Made by a program: the position numbers and the translations under genes
Shown here: positions 1 to 10,108 of the stretch, piece after piece
How the letters are laid out: every line of letters starts with the position of its first letter
How positions within the stretch are numbered: the stretch's first letter is position 1
From: Candidatus Bathyarchaeia archaeon
GTDB lineage: Archaea; Thermoproteota; Bathyarchaeia; Bathyarchaeales; Bathycorpusculaceae
Reading direction: 5' to 3'
NCBI GenBank assembly: GCA_049512935.1
Contig: JBEKWR010000006.1
Location: 32,001-96,000 of the forward strand
DNA: 64,000 bases
The notes under the pieces: generated by a model
What the model was told of the DNA's origin: nothing
Seen by the model: only the letters and a program-made list of their open reading frames with translations
Databases searched by the model: none

Positions 1-694
1 AAGTGTCCTCAGCGAAAGCTCCAGGCTTACCCTGTGAACCCCATTTCGCCTCATGCAGTCTGATGAAAAGATCCATCGCTTCTTTAGCAGAGAACCCTGC
101 TTCGTCAAATCTCTTTAAATCTAAGGTATGACCTGTTTGAATTTTTCTCAGGTAACGATTTAGGTTTTGCCTCAGATTCCGCCTAAAAGTCTTCTTCAAG
201 CTTTCGAATTTTTTCGGCAACTCTACGTAGGGGCATAGATTACAGACTCTTTCTTTCATCTCCAGTTTCAAAGAAGGATCCGCAAATAGCCGTCTTGAAT
301 AACTTGTACTTTCAGGAATTTCTTTTAGTTCAATCCAATCCCAATCTTCGACTCCATTAAGATAATCTATTATGCTCCTTACAACCGCCCTTTCCTTTTT
401 GCAAATGATGAAATTGTTATAGTCAGAATGGCGCGTTCCCAGGAATTCTATTTTCCTAATTGAGCCGAAAGCGGGCAGCTTATACTTGGACAGCATCATT
501 GGGGCGATGCCCAGAACCCGGTTGTTTTCTTCGACTTTCAAGAGAAGAAGTTTTCTTTGCCCACCGAAATGCTTCCACCATGTTGATAACCAATCCAATG
601 TCAAGAAAACGTTGTTGCCAAATCGGTTTTCTTCAAGAACTTGATTCCATTCTTTTCGAACACTCTCAAAGTCGCTAACTTCAGTTACTCTCAC
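1..694 (-). CDS. GNAT-family (CelD/BcsL-like) acetyltransferase, 3' end outside window
   Basis: Not in ORF track. Reads MRVTEVSDFESVRKEWNQVLEENRFGNNVFLTLDWLSTWWKHF from GTG 694 (alternative TTG 706). Paralogue of 5253-6365. Confidence 0.85.
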   Translation of the reverse strand, partial: MRVTEVSDFESVRKEWNQVLEENRFGNNVFLTLDWLSTWWKHFGGQRKLLLLKVEENNRVLGIAPMMLSKYKLPAFGSIRKIEFLGTRHSDYNNFIICKKERAVVRSIIDYLNGVEDWDWIELKEIPESTSYSRRLFADPSLKLEMKERVCNLCPYVELPKKFESLKKTFRRNLRQNLNRYLRKIQTGHTLDLKRFDEAGFSAKEAMDLFIRLHEAKWGSQGKPGAFAEDT

Positions 695-727
695 GCTGCC
701 ATCCAACTCCCGCAACTGTTTGCCAAT

Positions 728-1606
728 TCAATGTTCGCTGAAAATCTGTAGATAAATATTGGCGGCTGTCGCTCGCAAATCGTCTTTTAGGGTTTTGCTT
801 GGAAATTGACTCTTGAAATAACTAAATTCGCCGACTGGAGAAAAACTCGAAATGCCAATTCCCTTTTTTGCCGCTAAGACAATCGCCCCAATTGATTTCG
901 GAGCCAATCCCATCATCTGAGAAACCGCGCTATCCGCCGAGACAGGATCTTCGCTTGACATCACTAAGTTCAACCGTTTAGTGTATTTTCCAACCACTAC
1001 TAAACCGTCAAGAACAACAAGATGAGTCTTAACACTTTCATTTATTGCAACGATGGCATCGTCCAACACTTTGTGATAAATGAACTTATTCTGGTAGGCG
1101 TTGCATCCATAGAAGTTTTTTAGTGCACAACTGATTTTGACAACTTCCATGTACTTCGGCTTAGGAACATTAACGACCAGATCGGCTTCAGAAAAAAGTT
1201 CAGGAATATGAAACTTGAAGTCGCGTCCCCGAATTGTTTTATTAACGACTCTGTACTTCATGTTGCACAGGTTGACCAGAGTCACCCTTTTCTCAGCAGC
1301 CATCTCATCGTACCCAAGCATGCTGAACGCATTTTTGCATGTCATTGCTGAAGCGTCCGATTCAACTACAAGAATTTCTGAAGCGCCCAATTTTTCCCTA
1401 AAAACGTCAATTAAGGCACCAACAAACCGTGGGTCAGTTACCTCGCCAGTTGATGGATGATAGTAGTAGCACATGTTTGGCTTGATTACAATCTTCTTGG
1501 CTTTTTTGCCAAAATCGAATTTGATTAGTTCCAGCGATTCCACGATTGCTTTCTTTAAGAGTTCAGGCTCGGCGCTTTGAGCACGAACAAAACTGACAAG
1601 ACTCAA
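728..1606 (-). CDS. DUF362 family protein
   Basis: IVIKPN...TDPRFV, VVNVPKPK and ALKNFYG motifs. Confidence 0.8.
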   Translation of the reverse strand: MSLVSFVRAQSAEPELLKKAIVESLELIKFDFGKKAKKIVIKPNMCYYYHPSTGEVTDPRFVGALIDVFREKLGASEILVVESDASAMTCKNAFSMLGYDEMAAEKRVTLVNLCNMKYRVVNKTIRGRDFKFHIPELFSEADLVVNVPKPKYMEVVKISCALKNFYGCNAYQNKFIYHKVLDDAIVAINESVKTHLVVLDGLVVVGKYTKRLNLVMSSEDPVSADSAVSQMMGLAPKSIGAIVLAAKKGIGISSFSPVGEFSYFKSQFPSKTLKDDLRATAANIYLQIFSEH

Positions 1607-1630
1607 AACATGTTTCCCCCAGTTTGCTTC

Positions 1631-2620
1631 TTACATCACTGTTTTTGCGTTTCTGTAAGCTGATGATATAGCCTGCAGGCTGCGCATGCTTTCTTCCCCT
1701 GACGGCTGCGGTTGTTTATCCGCTAACAGGCAATTGACGAAATGTTGCAGTTCTAAACTGTATGGATCGTTTTTCCCACGCCCGATTTTTTTCACGATAC
1801 CTTTCAGTATCATGCTTGAAGTGCTTTCGGGAGCCAACCGAACTAATGTGTTTTTAGCTGTGCCGCAAACTTGAATTGATTGAATATAACCTTTTGAAAA
1901 CCAGCCGACTTTTACAGTTGCAACGGGGCCATTCTCAAATTGCAGTATGCATGTTGCTGCGTCGTCTAATTCTGTTCTGAACATGTACTTCAGGTAGCAG
2001 TCCACGGAAGAAACTTGTCCAAAGTACCATATGAACAGGTCTATGAGATGGGAGCCTAAATCCATTAGAGCCCCTCCTCCTACAAGTTCTTTGTTAAGCC
2101 ACCACGAGGGCACTTTGACAGGCCCAACGCTGTCATTTCTCGGGGAAAACGGTCCGCCGCTTATGTTCGTAGCTTCAGCTATTTCCACCTCACCAAAAAA
2201 ACCGTCCGCTATTTGATCATGGACCCTTTTTAGAACTGGGTCAAACCTCATGTCATACCCTACCATTAATCTAACAGAGTTCCTCTTGACCGCAGAGAGA
2301 ATTTTCTCGCCCTCATCCACAGTTCTCGCGAAAGGTTTCTCCAAAAGAATGTGCTTTCCAGCTTCAGCTGATTTCACGGCAGCTTCTTCGTGGAGAAAAT
2401 TGGGCAAACTAATAATGACGCCGGCAATGTCATCATCTTTAAGAAGATCGTCATATTTCTCGAACACCTTCGGAATTCCCAAGTTTCTCGCTCTGCTTCG
2501 CGCTTTCACAGATAGGTCTGCGACAGCCTCGATTCTCGCTGTTTTCAACTTTTTTGAGTTAAGAAGGAGCAATCGTCCTTCGTTTCCGAAACCGATAATT
2601 CCTAAATTAATTTGCTTCAA
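1631..2620 (-). CDS. Gfo/Idh/MocA oxidoreductase
   Basis: GIIGFG Rossmann motif, LLEKP, GGGALMDLGSH. Confidence 0.9.
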   Translation of the reverse strand: MKQINLGIIGFGNEGRLLLLNSKKLKTARIEAVADLSVKARSRARNLGIPKVFEKYDDLLKDDDIAGVIISLPNFLHEEAAVKSAEAGKHILLEKPFARTVDEGEKILSAVKRNSVRLMVGYDMRFDPVLKRVHDQIADGFFGEVEIAEATNISGGPFSPRNDSVGPVKVPSWWLNKELVGGGALMDLGSHLIDLFIWYFGQVSSVDCYLKYMFRTELDDAATCILQFENGPVATVKVGWFSKGYIQSIQVCGTAKNTLVRLAPESTSSMILKGIVKKIGRGKNDPYSLELQHFVNCLLADKQPQPSGEESMRSLQAISSAYRNAKTVM

Positions 2621-2701
2621 AACACGACCTCACGGGCTTTTATTCCAAGATTTTAGAGTTAAACGATTTTTAAATAAAAACTGGTCTTTGAGAGAGACAA
2701 G

Positions 2702-3946
2702 TCAAAAGCTAACTCTCGGAGGACTCCAAGCGCGGCTCTTGTCTCTTAACACATGGACTAAGCCAGAAGGGGATAGGGCGATTCGGAAGAGGAATGGTAA
2801 AGGGTCATTCGCTTCGAACAAGTCATAAAACAAACCGGGTTCGTAAAACTTAAGCCAGTTTACAAGCAACTTTAAGTCGCGAATCTTCCCGTCGGAATTC
2901 CCTGGGAACCCCTTGATTAGACTTACTAGGTAAAAGAGCTCTTGCTCCAATAATCTTCCTTTGACACCTACTTTGTAGTTGAAAGTTCCGTCGGTGTCTC
3001 CGTCCACCGCTATTTTGTAAAGCAAATATGGAAAGTCAACTCCAGCTTTGACTGCAACACAGAGCGATCCCCAGAAACGTGGATTTATCTCCATTAATTT
3101 AGGAATGTTGTCTCGGGGGTCAAGTCTAAACTCAACTTCAGCGATTCCATGCCAATTTAATTTTTCAAGCAGCCTTTCAGCATACATTTTCATGGTTGGA
3201 TCTAATGGAACAGTTTCACGGTAACAACTGTTTCCGCCATTACGTGGCCACGCTCTTTGAACTTTTATGCAGCAAAAGGCTCTCGGTCTTCCTTCGTTGT
3301 ACACTGTGGCGATTGAATAGTTGAACCCTGGAACGTACTCTTGAATTAACGGGTATGGAAAATATTGATGAATGCTGTTGTAGGTCGCGATAAGCTCGGA
3401 AGGAGAGTTAACGAATCCGCCCCGCCTATCGAGGGCGCGATCTTTTTGCCACACCATCGACCAACGTGGCTTAACAACACAGGGATAGCTCATTTCTCTG
3501 GCGGCAACGTTTAGTTCGGCTGAATTCTTCACAAAACGCGTCAGTGGAACTGGAACCCCGTTTTCTTCCGCCAAGTCAAGCGTTGAACGTTTATCAAAAC
3601 ATGTAAGAATCGATTCGTGACTGGGAATTGGCAGCTTAATGTATGGGGTTAACCTGTCTCTGTTTTTGGAGATCGGCATAAGCGACCATTCAGAAAGCGG
3701 AAAAAACACCTCAAACTTTATTTTTTTTACGATTTTTTCTACTGCCTGAAACCAGTCATTTTCAAGGCTAGTCGATGGGACCAAAAACTGTCTGCGGCAA
3801 TACTTAGAAAAACGGGAAGTATGCACAGGAAAACTTGTCATGACCGCCGTGTTTATGTTCTTTTTTTCCAGCGACCTCATGATCGGAAGACAGGTAGGAT
3901 TGTAGCCCTCCGGAATTAAAACGCCGCCGCTTGACATTTTGAGCAC
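2702..3946 (-). CDS. ATP-grasp domain protein
   Basis: YPCVVKP, LIQEYVPG, LMEINPRFWGS. Confidence 0.85.
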   Translation of the reverse strand: MLKMSSGGVLIPEGYNPTCLPIMRSLEKKNINTAVMTSFPVHTSRFSKYCRRQFLVPSTSLENDWFQAVEKIVKKIKFEVFFPLSEWSLMPISKNRDRLTPYIKLPIPSHESILTCFDKRSTLDLAEENGVPVPLTRFVKNSAELNVAAREMSYPCVVKPRWSMVWQKDRALDRRGGFVNSPSELIATYNSIHQYFPYPLIQEYVPGFNYSIATVYNEGRPRAFCCIKVQRAWPRNGGNSCYRETVPLDPTMKMYAERLLEKLNWHGIAEVEFRLDPRDNIPKLMEINPRFWGSLCVAVKAGVDFPYLLYKIAVDGDTDGTFNYKVGVKGRLLEQELFYLVSLIKGFPGNSDGKIRDLKLLVNWLKFYEPGLFYDLFEANDPLPFLFRIALSPSGLVHVLRDKSRAWSPPRVSF

Positions 3947-4094
3947 AACCGATTTGGGGTTTAAGTCAGGTTTTGATTAGCCTATAACCGCTTTTATCTT
4001 CCCACCAAGACATTCTATGCATGCTTCATTCCAACGAGTGACGAGTTCCTTGTCAACGGCTCGGAGACCCAACGTATAGAATTAGACTGTTAAT

Positions 4095-4169
4095 TGGAGC
4101 CAGGGGTCGGATTTGCACCGACATAAACAGCTCTGCAGGCCGTCGCTTTCTTTACTCAGCCACCCCGGC
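4095..4169 (-). tRNA. tRNA-Cys(GCA), copy A
   Basis: Cloverleaf GCCGGGG...CUGCAGA anticodon loop...CCCUGGC-U-CCA; perfect T-stem; D-loop lacks canonical GG. Confidence 0.85.
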
Positions 4170-4435
4170 AAACAAATTTTTTTACTCTGAAAAAACTTGA
4201 CATTTAGCGCTTGAAAAGGTCTGCTTTCAGGGCAGCTTCGGGCTTGCCGTAGTTGTTGTTGATGTTGTTGTTGATGATACAATTGTTTTCGCCGCAAGCC
4301 TCAACGTCTACGGCAGTCTTAACGTCGGGTTGTTGATGATGAAGGACACTTTTCCTTCTTGAAAAAACTCCGGAGTCAAGGCACCTTAAATTGAGCCTTA
4401 CGAATTTGAAGGCCTCTGCTATCACCGCAATTGTT

Positions 4436-5128
4436 TTAGTTTTTTGCAGTAAGAATTGCGTATATCCTGACCGTCGCCCATTTCTCTTTAAACTGAGCAT
4501 CATACTGACCGACATCTGTAACTTCGTAACCATGGCTAGTCAACAACTCAAGCATGGCATTGTAACCTTTAAGATGAATCGAGCGCATAGCCGCGGACTC
4601 CTCAACGAATGGACTTGCCATGGAAGGCGCCTTTTCTATGCTTCTATTAGTCTCCAGAAAGAAGACGCGAGGTTTGTTAACGTCCAACAATTTGCCCATT
4701 AAATCCAGAAAAGACAACTGACAACATAACTCGAAAGCGCCAAGGAGAAGAAATACCGAAAAGCCACGATCTACATCAGATTGAACTTTCAAGTTTTCAT
4801 AAGAAGAAAGTATCCACTTGCCGTCTGGATAGATTTTTCTCAGATCTTTTATGGCTTGGCGGTTATCATCAAAGCCGGTAATTTGGTACCCTGATTTTAA
4901 CAAAGGTCCAGCTAACGGAGAATAACCACAAATTATATCCAAGAAATTATCGCCTGATTTAAGATTTGGCCTAATGATGTCAAAAAGGGTGTCCCCTCTA
5001 AAGCTAACACCTTTAAGATAGGGATACTCGTACCGAGCGGTAATCTTTTTTAAAATTGCCAATGCCGGCTTTTCCAAATGTAAAAATCGCAGAGCCTCAA
5101 AACCCCAATTTTTTATTGTTTGGCTCAC
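4436..5128 (-). CDS. Class I SAM-dependent methyltransferase-like protein
   Basis: FLDIICGY (degenerate motif I), ITGFD. Confidence 0.6.
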   Translation of the reverse strand: MSQTIKNWGFEALRFLHLEKPALAILKKITARYEYPYLKGVSFRGDTLFDIIRPNLKSGDNFLDIICGYSPLAGPLLKSGYQITGFDDNRQAIKDLRKIYPDGKWILSSYENLKVQSDVDRGFSVFLLLGAFELCCQLSFLDLMGKLLDVNKPRVFFLETNRSIEKAPSMASPFVEESAAMRSIHLKGYNAMLELLTSHGYEVTDVGQYDAQFKEKWATVRIYAILTAKN

Positions 5129-5252
5129 TTTGTTTATCTCCTAAAATCACCGATAAATCTTCACTTTTTACTTTGCTTCAAAAATAAATGCCCTTGGACC
5201 TTGCGGCAGCGTTTTTTCGCGAGCCAAATAGCCCAATGGTTTTTTAATTCAA

Positions 5253-6365
5253 TCATTGAATTTTCGCCGTGGAAAGACGTTTTCCAAGACTGTTGATCAG
5301 AGGCGTTAACGAGTCTTTAGTTTTGATAAAGTCGTAGACTACTGGAACTATTCTCTTTTTTATAGCCCTTACTTCCTTGTTGTTCCTTATCAAGGTATTC
5401 CATTGCTGCTTGTAGCTTTCATCGCCTCTCATGAAATCAAATTCTCTTAATCCGTTTTCAATAGAGTTCTTAATCGAGTACAAAAAGAGAATATGGCCTA
5501 CACGATAATCGGAATATTTCGGGTCAAATCCCGTAAGGTAGTTGAACATCTTATTTCTGTACTTGAAAGCGTAAATTGCCGAAACAGGTTCATCATTTAA
5601 TGTTAGAAAGCTCAGATTCAACCAACCCTTTTCAGCGAAAGATCTTGCGACGTTTAGATGGAAATCTCTGAATTTAGGGTCTGAGAAAGCTCCGACGCGT
5701 TCTTCTGACTCCCACTTTATTTGATGTAAATAAAAGAATGTCTTCATTGCCTTGTCAAGAGTATCTAAATTGTTATGAATGCAGAAATTGACTTTGAAAT
5801 CATTTTTTAATCTCTTTTCCCATCTGCGCATGTTTCTACGCCAGTTGGAGCCCAGACCTTGGAAGTAATCTTCAAACTTAGTTGGCAAAATGATGTATGG
5901 GCAAATGTGGAGGTTTCTTTCCGCCAATTTGAGTTTTTTTGTGGAGCAAGCATTGAGGGCCTTTATTGTCTCAGAGTCTTCGGGAACATCTACAAACTCG
6001 ATGCAGTCCCAAGGCAAGGCTTTGCTATTCGCGTAATCCACCATCATCTTTGCACATTCTTCTTTCTGTTCCGTTAAAAGAAAAGTTTGATAGTCAGCTG
6101 CTGGTGTTCCCATGAACTCCATTTTTTTCAATTTGAGACCTGCCAATTTATAACTTGAACTCATTAGAGGGGCTGCAGCAATTAGTTTTCCTTCATCCTT
6201 GACAGTGATCAGGCACAATATTCTATCGTCGCCAAAGTGTTCCCACCAAGTGGAAAGCCACTCCCACGTAAGGAATATGTGGTTATCGCCGCTTCTTTGA
6301 AGAGCATCGTTCCATTCCGTTTTATAGTTCAAAAATTGCCCAAAGGTTAATTCGTCTACCTTCAT
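5253..6365 (-). CDS. GNAT-family (CelD/BcsL-like) acetyltransferase
   Basis: FLTWEWLSTWW, FDFMRGDESYK. Confidence 0.85.
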   Translation of the reverse strand: MKVDELTFGQFLNYKTEWNDALQRSGDNHIFLTWEWLSTWWEHFGDDRILCLITVKDEGKLIAAAPLMSSSYKLAGLKLKKMEFMGTPAADYQTFLLTEQKEECAKMMVDYANSKALPWDCIEFVDVPEDSETIKALNACSTKKLKLAERNLHICPYIILPTKFEDYFQGLGSNWRRNMRRWEKRLKNDFKVNFCIHNNLDTLDKAMKTFFYLHQIKWESEERVGAFSDPKFRDFHLNVARSFAEKGWLNLSFLTLNDEPVSAIYAFKYRNKMFNYLTGFDPKYSDYRVGHILFLYSIKNSIENGLREFDFMRGDESYKQQWNTLIRNNKEVRAIKKRIVPVVYDFIKTKDSLTPLINSLGKRLSTAKIQ

Positions 6366-6393
6366 GCTGTTTTCCTCGCATTAACATTGCTTT

Positions 6394-7557
6394 CTAAATT
6401 TCTGATTTGCAAATTACGTTCAATTCTCCCCGCAAACATTCCTCGTAGATATTGATAGTTATTTCGGCAACTTTGTCCCAAGAGAACTTTTCAGCCCTTC
6501 TTCTCGCCGTGTTCGATAATCTTTCTCTTAAGGGCGGGTCGTCAAGTAACTTTACCATGGCTGAGGCGAGCGCCTGGGGATCACTTGGCGGAACAAGTAA
6601 TCCTCCTTCTCCTAAATACTCGGGAATACCACCGATGTTTGATGCGATAATCGGAGTTGCATTTGCCATTGCCCGCGCGACGACACTGCTTCCCGACACA
6701 CTGACCGTGTTGACTGCCAGGGTGAAAACGCTTTCTTGCATCTTTCGATCGAATTCTGCCTCGCTGATTCTGTTTCCCCAAACGAGCAAATCGGCTACAC
6801 CGAAGTTCATCGCCGCTTTAATCGCTTCATTTTTTTCTGAGTCACTGTAGATGCCATAAATGTGTAAGTGTATCTCCCTGCTTTGATCTCTCAGTATTTT
6901 CATCGATTGCAGAATTGTCCAAAATCCTTTGGCGCTTTTTGGGGATCCAAAGAAGGTAATCTCTTCGCGAGATGTTTTTAGCAGGGGCGGCAATCTTGCT
7001 CCGTGAGGAACTAACCTTATTTTACCTTCCGGGACAGATAAAGAAATCATCTTTCGCTTCATTTCATTTGAGTGAACAATTATTCTGTCGGCTTTTCTGT
7101 ACGACCTACTATAGAAACTGAACTTGTTCAGCGGGTCAATGGAGTGAACTGTGACTACGCGCTTCTTTTCCGAGGGGATAGAAAGAAGCCCGAAAAGCGA
7201 GCTTACTCCAAACGATTGTGACGCGCTTAACTGATAATGAATTATGTCGTCGCTTTTGCATTTTGTCAAGTAAGCGACTCCCCTTAATGATTCAAGGAGC
7301 AAAGAAGTTGCAGAAAGCAACATGTGAAGAGCCCGAGGACTAGAAGCCTTTTCAACCGAGGGTACGTATGAAGGAAAGGAAACAAATTTGCAAACGCTTT
7401 GAAGAAAATTCTTTCTTCCAGAATAGCGGTTGCAGCAGCCGCAATGAGATGAGACCACCTGCCATTCTACCTTGGCGCTTGAGGCATTCTGCAAATTCGC
7501 CGAATAGTTCGCCATCGAGATGTCCTTGTACCAGCAAGTGATCAACGCGACCTTCAT
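6394..7557 (-). CDS. Glycosyltransferase family 4
   Basis: AMANATPIIASNIGGIPE, FSWDKVA GT-B C-terminus. Confidence 0.85.
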   Translation of the reverse strand: MKVALITCWYKDISMANYSANLQNASSAKVEWQVVSSHCGCCNRYSGRKNFLQSVCKFVSFPSYVPSVEKASSPRALHMLLSATSLLLESLRGVAYLTKCKSDDIIHYQLSASQSFGVSSLFGLLSIPSEKKRVVTVHSIDPLNKFSFYSRSYRKADRIIVHSNEMKRKMISLSVPEGKIRLVPHGARLPPLLKTSREEITFFGSPKSAKGFWTILQSMKILRDQSREIHLHIYGIYSDSEKNEAIKAAMNFGVADLLVWGNRISEAEFDRKMQESVFTLAVNTVSVSGSSVVARAMANATPIIASNIGGIPEYLGEGGLLVPPSDPQALASAMVKLLDDPPLRERLSNTARRRAEKFSWDKVAEITINIYEECLRGELNVICKSEI

Positions 7558-7654
7558 GGTAAGTTCAACTCTTCAGGTTAACCTTGACCGAATTTTTCAA
7601 GGGCATTGACCATTCTAACCTCCAACAAATCGATGAGGAATTTATCATTGATGA

Positions 7655-7729
7655 TGGAGCCAGGGGTCAGATTTGCACCGGCGTAAACGGCTCTGCAGGC
7701 CGTCGCTTCCTTTACTCAGCGACCCCGGC
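7655..7729 (-). tRNA. tRNA-Cys(GCA), copy B (possibly degenerate)
   Basis: Near-identical to copy A with encoded CCA; one T-stem mismatch. Confidence 0.75.
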
Positions 7730-7803
7730 TCTTCATCTTGAGCGCTCAGCAATTAAGCTTGGAAAAAACCGCTTTATCATTTGCGGAGCAGATTTCATAA
7801 TAA

Positions 7804-8421
7804 TTAGCTGACAATTGGCGAGGTCATGTTCAACCAAAGGCTTACATAGCGTTGGTCATACTGGAAAGTGTTAGTTGTGTCGTTGAAGATCCACAGTTCA
7901 AAAAACAGGTTTCCATAAAATCCGTTTCTTTGGGAATCCCACGTTATCGTTGTTGAGCTTAGGCTTAACGGGAAACCGTTCAAAATAACGTTTTTCATGT
8001 CGAGTTGGTTAATGTTTTTCAGGTCAGGCATGAAGTAAAAGAAAAAGGAAACATTGATCGGTAATTCTAACGCTTCATTATTGGCTACGCAAAATGAAAT
8101 GTTGCCTAAAGATGGAAGATTGCTGCTTGTTTGGTTGAAACTGTTTGGTGCAGATTGTGTTTGGTTCCTGAATTTTACTTCTATCTGATAGTAAGCAAAG
8201 GATCCTAAATTGTTGTCGACGTCTATGTATAAGGGGTAATTTTGTCCAATTGTACCGTTGTAGGGGTAAGTGGCGTTGTGGTAAGCGCCCAAAATCGATA
8301 ATTCGGTAAGGTGAGTGGTTTGCGGAACTATTGTGAGACGTTGAATAGCAGGCGAAGCGGTGAATAATGCTAAAAACACAGTTACTACAAGTATAAGCGT
8401 TTTGTACTGTTGGGTCGCCAT
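7804..8421 (-). CDS. DUF1616-like membrane-anchored protein
   Basis: N-terminal TM, TELSILG..YP, C-terminal YVSLWLN. Confidence 0.65.
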   Translation of the reverse strand: MATQQYKTLILVVTVFLALFTASPAIQRLTIVPQTTHLTELSILGAYHNATYPYNGTIGQNYPLYIDVDNNLGSFAYYQIEVKFRNQTQSAPNSFNQTSSNLPSLGNISFCVANNEALELPINVSFFFYFMPDLKNINQLDMKNVILNGFPLSLSSTTITWDSQRNGFYGNLFFELWIFNDTTNTFQYDQRYVSLWLNMTSPIVS

Positions 8422-8886
8422 TCAACTTTTCCTGCCTTTCCTGCTTAAAATAAACCAAGCAGCTATTCCAACGCTTAAGACAGCTACAGAACCTATTATC
8501 GACAGAATAACAATTACTAGGTTTTGAGTATCGTTATTGTTGGCGTTTTGTTGTAGGGCTGTTGCTTGGGAAATTAAGCCGCTTAGCTCGTTTTGGCTTT
8601 GAACCGCGTACGTGTAGGCTGAACTGTAATCGTTAGCAGCGTAAGCTAGTTGAGCTTCAGACAGCAATCCTGATGCCTTGTTAAGAGTAGCCGTTAATTG
8701 GTCTACGTTCGCTCCTGCGGCTTGCGCTTGCTTGGTCGCGTCATAACAGCTTTTGAGGGTGTTTTGCGCTGAAATAATCGCTGACTTGGCGTCGTTTGGG
8801 TCGGCGAAGACTTGAGAAGAGAAAAGTGCAGTGGCTACGAAGAGGATCATGATTGCTGCTGCACAAGCTCTTACGCCTTTACTCAA
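8422..8886 (-). CDS. Hypothetical protein with signal peptide and C-terminal TM anchor
   Basis: Hydrophobic N- and C-termini around an Ala/Gln-rich helical core; abuts the next gene. Confidence 0.7.
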   Translation of the reverse strand: MSKGVRACAAAIMILFVATALFSSQVFADPNDAKSAIISAQNTLKSCYDATKQAQAAGANVDQLTATLNKASGLLSEAQLAYAANDYSSAYTYAVQSQNELSGLISQATALQQNANNNDTQNLVIVILSIIGSVAVLSVGIAAWFILSRKGRKS

Positions 8887-8907
8887 AACGCGACACCGCT
8901 GAAAGAA

Positions 8908-9261
8908 TTAGACATCCATTGGTTGTTGCACTGATTCTTCTAGGAATTGCTTGACTGGGCACAAGTTTTCTAGGGCTTTCCTTTTCACTGAAAAATCGTT
9001 AAGGTGCTTTTCCATGGTTTTGCTGCAGCGGGCGTATTCCTTGTAAGCGTCCAAATACTCGTGGCCTTTAACTGTTAATTTGTAGCGTTGATCATGGTTT
9101 TCGAAGGTGATGAGCAAGGCGTCGGTGACTTCGTTTAGGTACCGTTGAAGAACCTTGTAGCTTAGATTTGCTTGATACATTATCTGAGTTTTTTTAGCGT
9201 CTTGACTTGCGACGTTAAGAATGTCAGCTATTATGTCTAGTCTATCTCTATAATTACCCAA
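8908..9261 (-). CDS. Archaeal winged-helix transcriptional regulator
   Basis: RDRLDIIADIL...KKTQIMYQANLS...YKLTVKG. Confidence 0.85.
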   Translation of the reverse strand: MGNYRDRLDIIADILNVASQDAKKTQIMYQANLSYKVLQRYLNEVTDALLITFENHDQRYKLTVKGHEYLDAYKEYARCSKTMEKHLNDFSVKRKALENLCPVKQFLEESVQQPMDV

Positions 9262-9301
9262 GCGATATTTCCCCTGAAAAATTACATAAAATTATTGAAA
9301 C

Positions 9302-9682
9302 TTAGATGTGAAGCCAGCCTCTTCCGTTTTTCTTGAATTGTTGTCTTTCTTTCTTTACTTCAGAATCGGGTTGAAGCCTTTTTCGTTGTGATTTTTGGCT
9401 GGTGATGTTCATTTTTACAAATTTTGTCCATCCGCCAACGTGTGGGTCTGGAGGGATGAATCTTTCGGCGTTTAAGACTTCGTGCTCTTCGAGGATTTCT
9501 TTAAAGTTTAGGGCTTTGAAATCGCGTGTTGCGTGGATTATGGTGCCTTTGTCGACGAAGAGCTGATTATAGTCGTTGAGTGCTATGCCTTCGGCTCTGA
9601 CTTTGTCATCTATCCTTTCGCGCCAGAGCCTTTTCCACTCGACTCTTAACTCTTCGACGAACTCTTTTTGTTTTATGGACAT
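9302..9682 (-). CDS. Hypothetical protein
   Basis: Protein-like ORF; ATG 9682 preferred over the track start. Confidence 0.65.
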   Translation of the reverse strand: MSIKQKEFVEELRVEWKRLWRERIDDKVRAEGIALNDYNQLFVDKGTIIHATRDFKALNFKEILEEHEVLNAERFIPPDPHVGGWTKFVKMNITSQKSQRKRLQPDSEVKKERQQFKKNGRGWLHI

Positions 9683-10108
9683 TGCTACCAAAATCCCTCC
9701 ATGGCAGAAGTGGATTAGAAAAAACAAGTTTAGCCTGTTGTTGTTGACAAAACTATGGTGAGGACTGGTCCTCAAAATAATTAGAGTCTGGACGGCTTAT
9801 TTAAATTGACAGGATAAATTGTTCTATTCTTATCAAAAATTAGGAGTTTTTTTCTGTATCTTATTTCATTTTGTGGGTGATTATGTTATTGATTGCTATA
9901 GAACAAAGCCGTGTTCTTAATAGAAGAATCCTAGGCATGTTGCCTGTGGCGAGTGTGTTGCTGTTTGGAACACGTGTTTCGTTGGTTGAAGCTGCATTAG
10001 TAGGTGAATTTAATGATTCTATTAATGGTTATCCCTTGCTTCTTTACGTGTTTAGCTAGCTTGCAACGTTTAAATTCCACTTTGAGCATTTAGTCAGAAG
10101 GGATTATT

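Noticed and set aside
4251-4277. GTT/GAT trinucleotide run giving poly-Q/N ORFs
   Set aside because: Short low-complexity tract; the ORFs overlap the tRNA and methyltransferase and look spurious.
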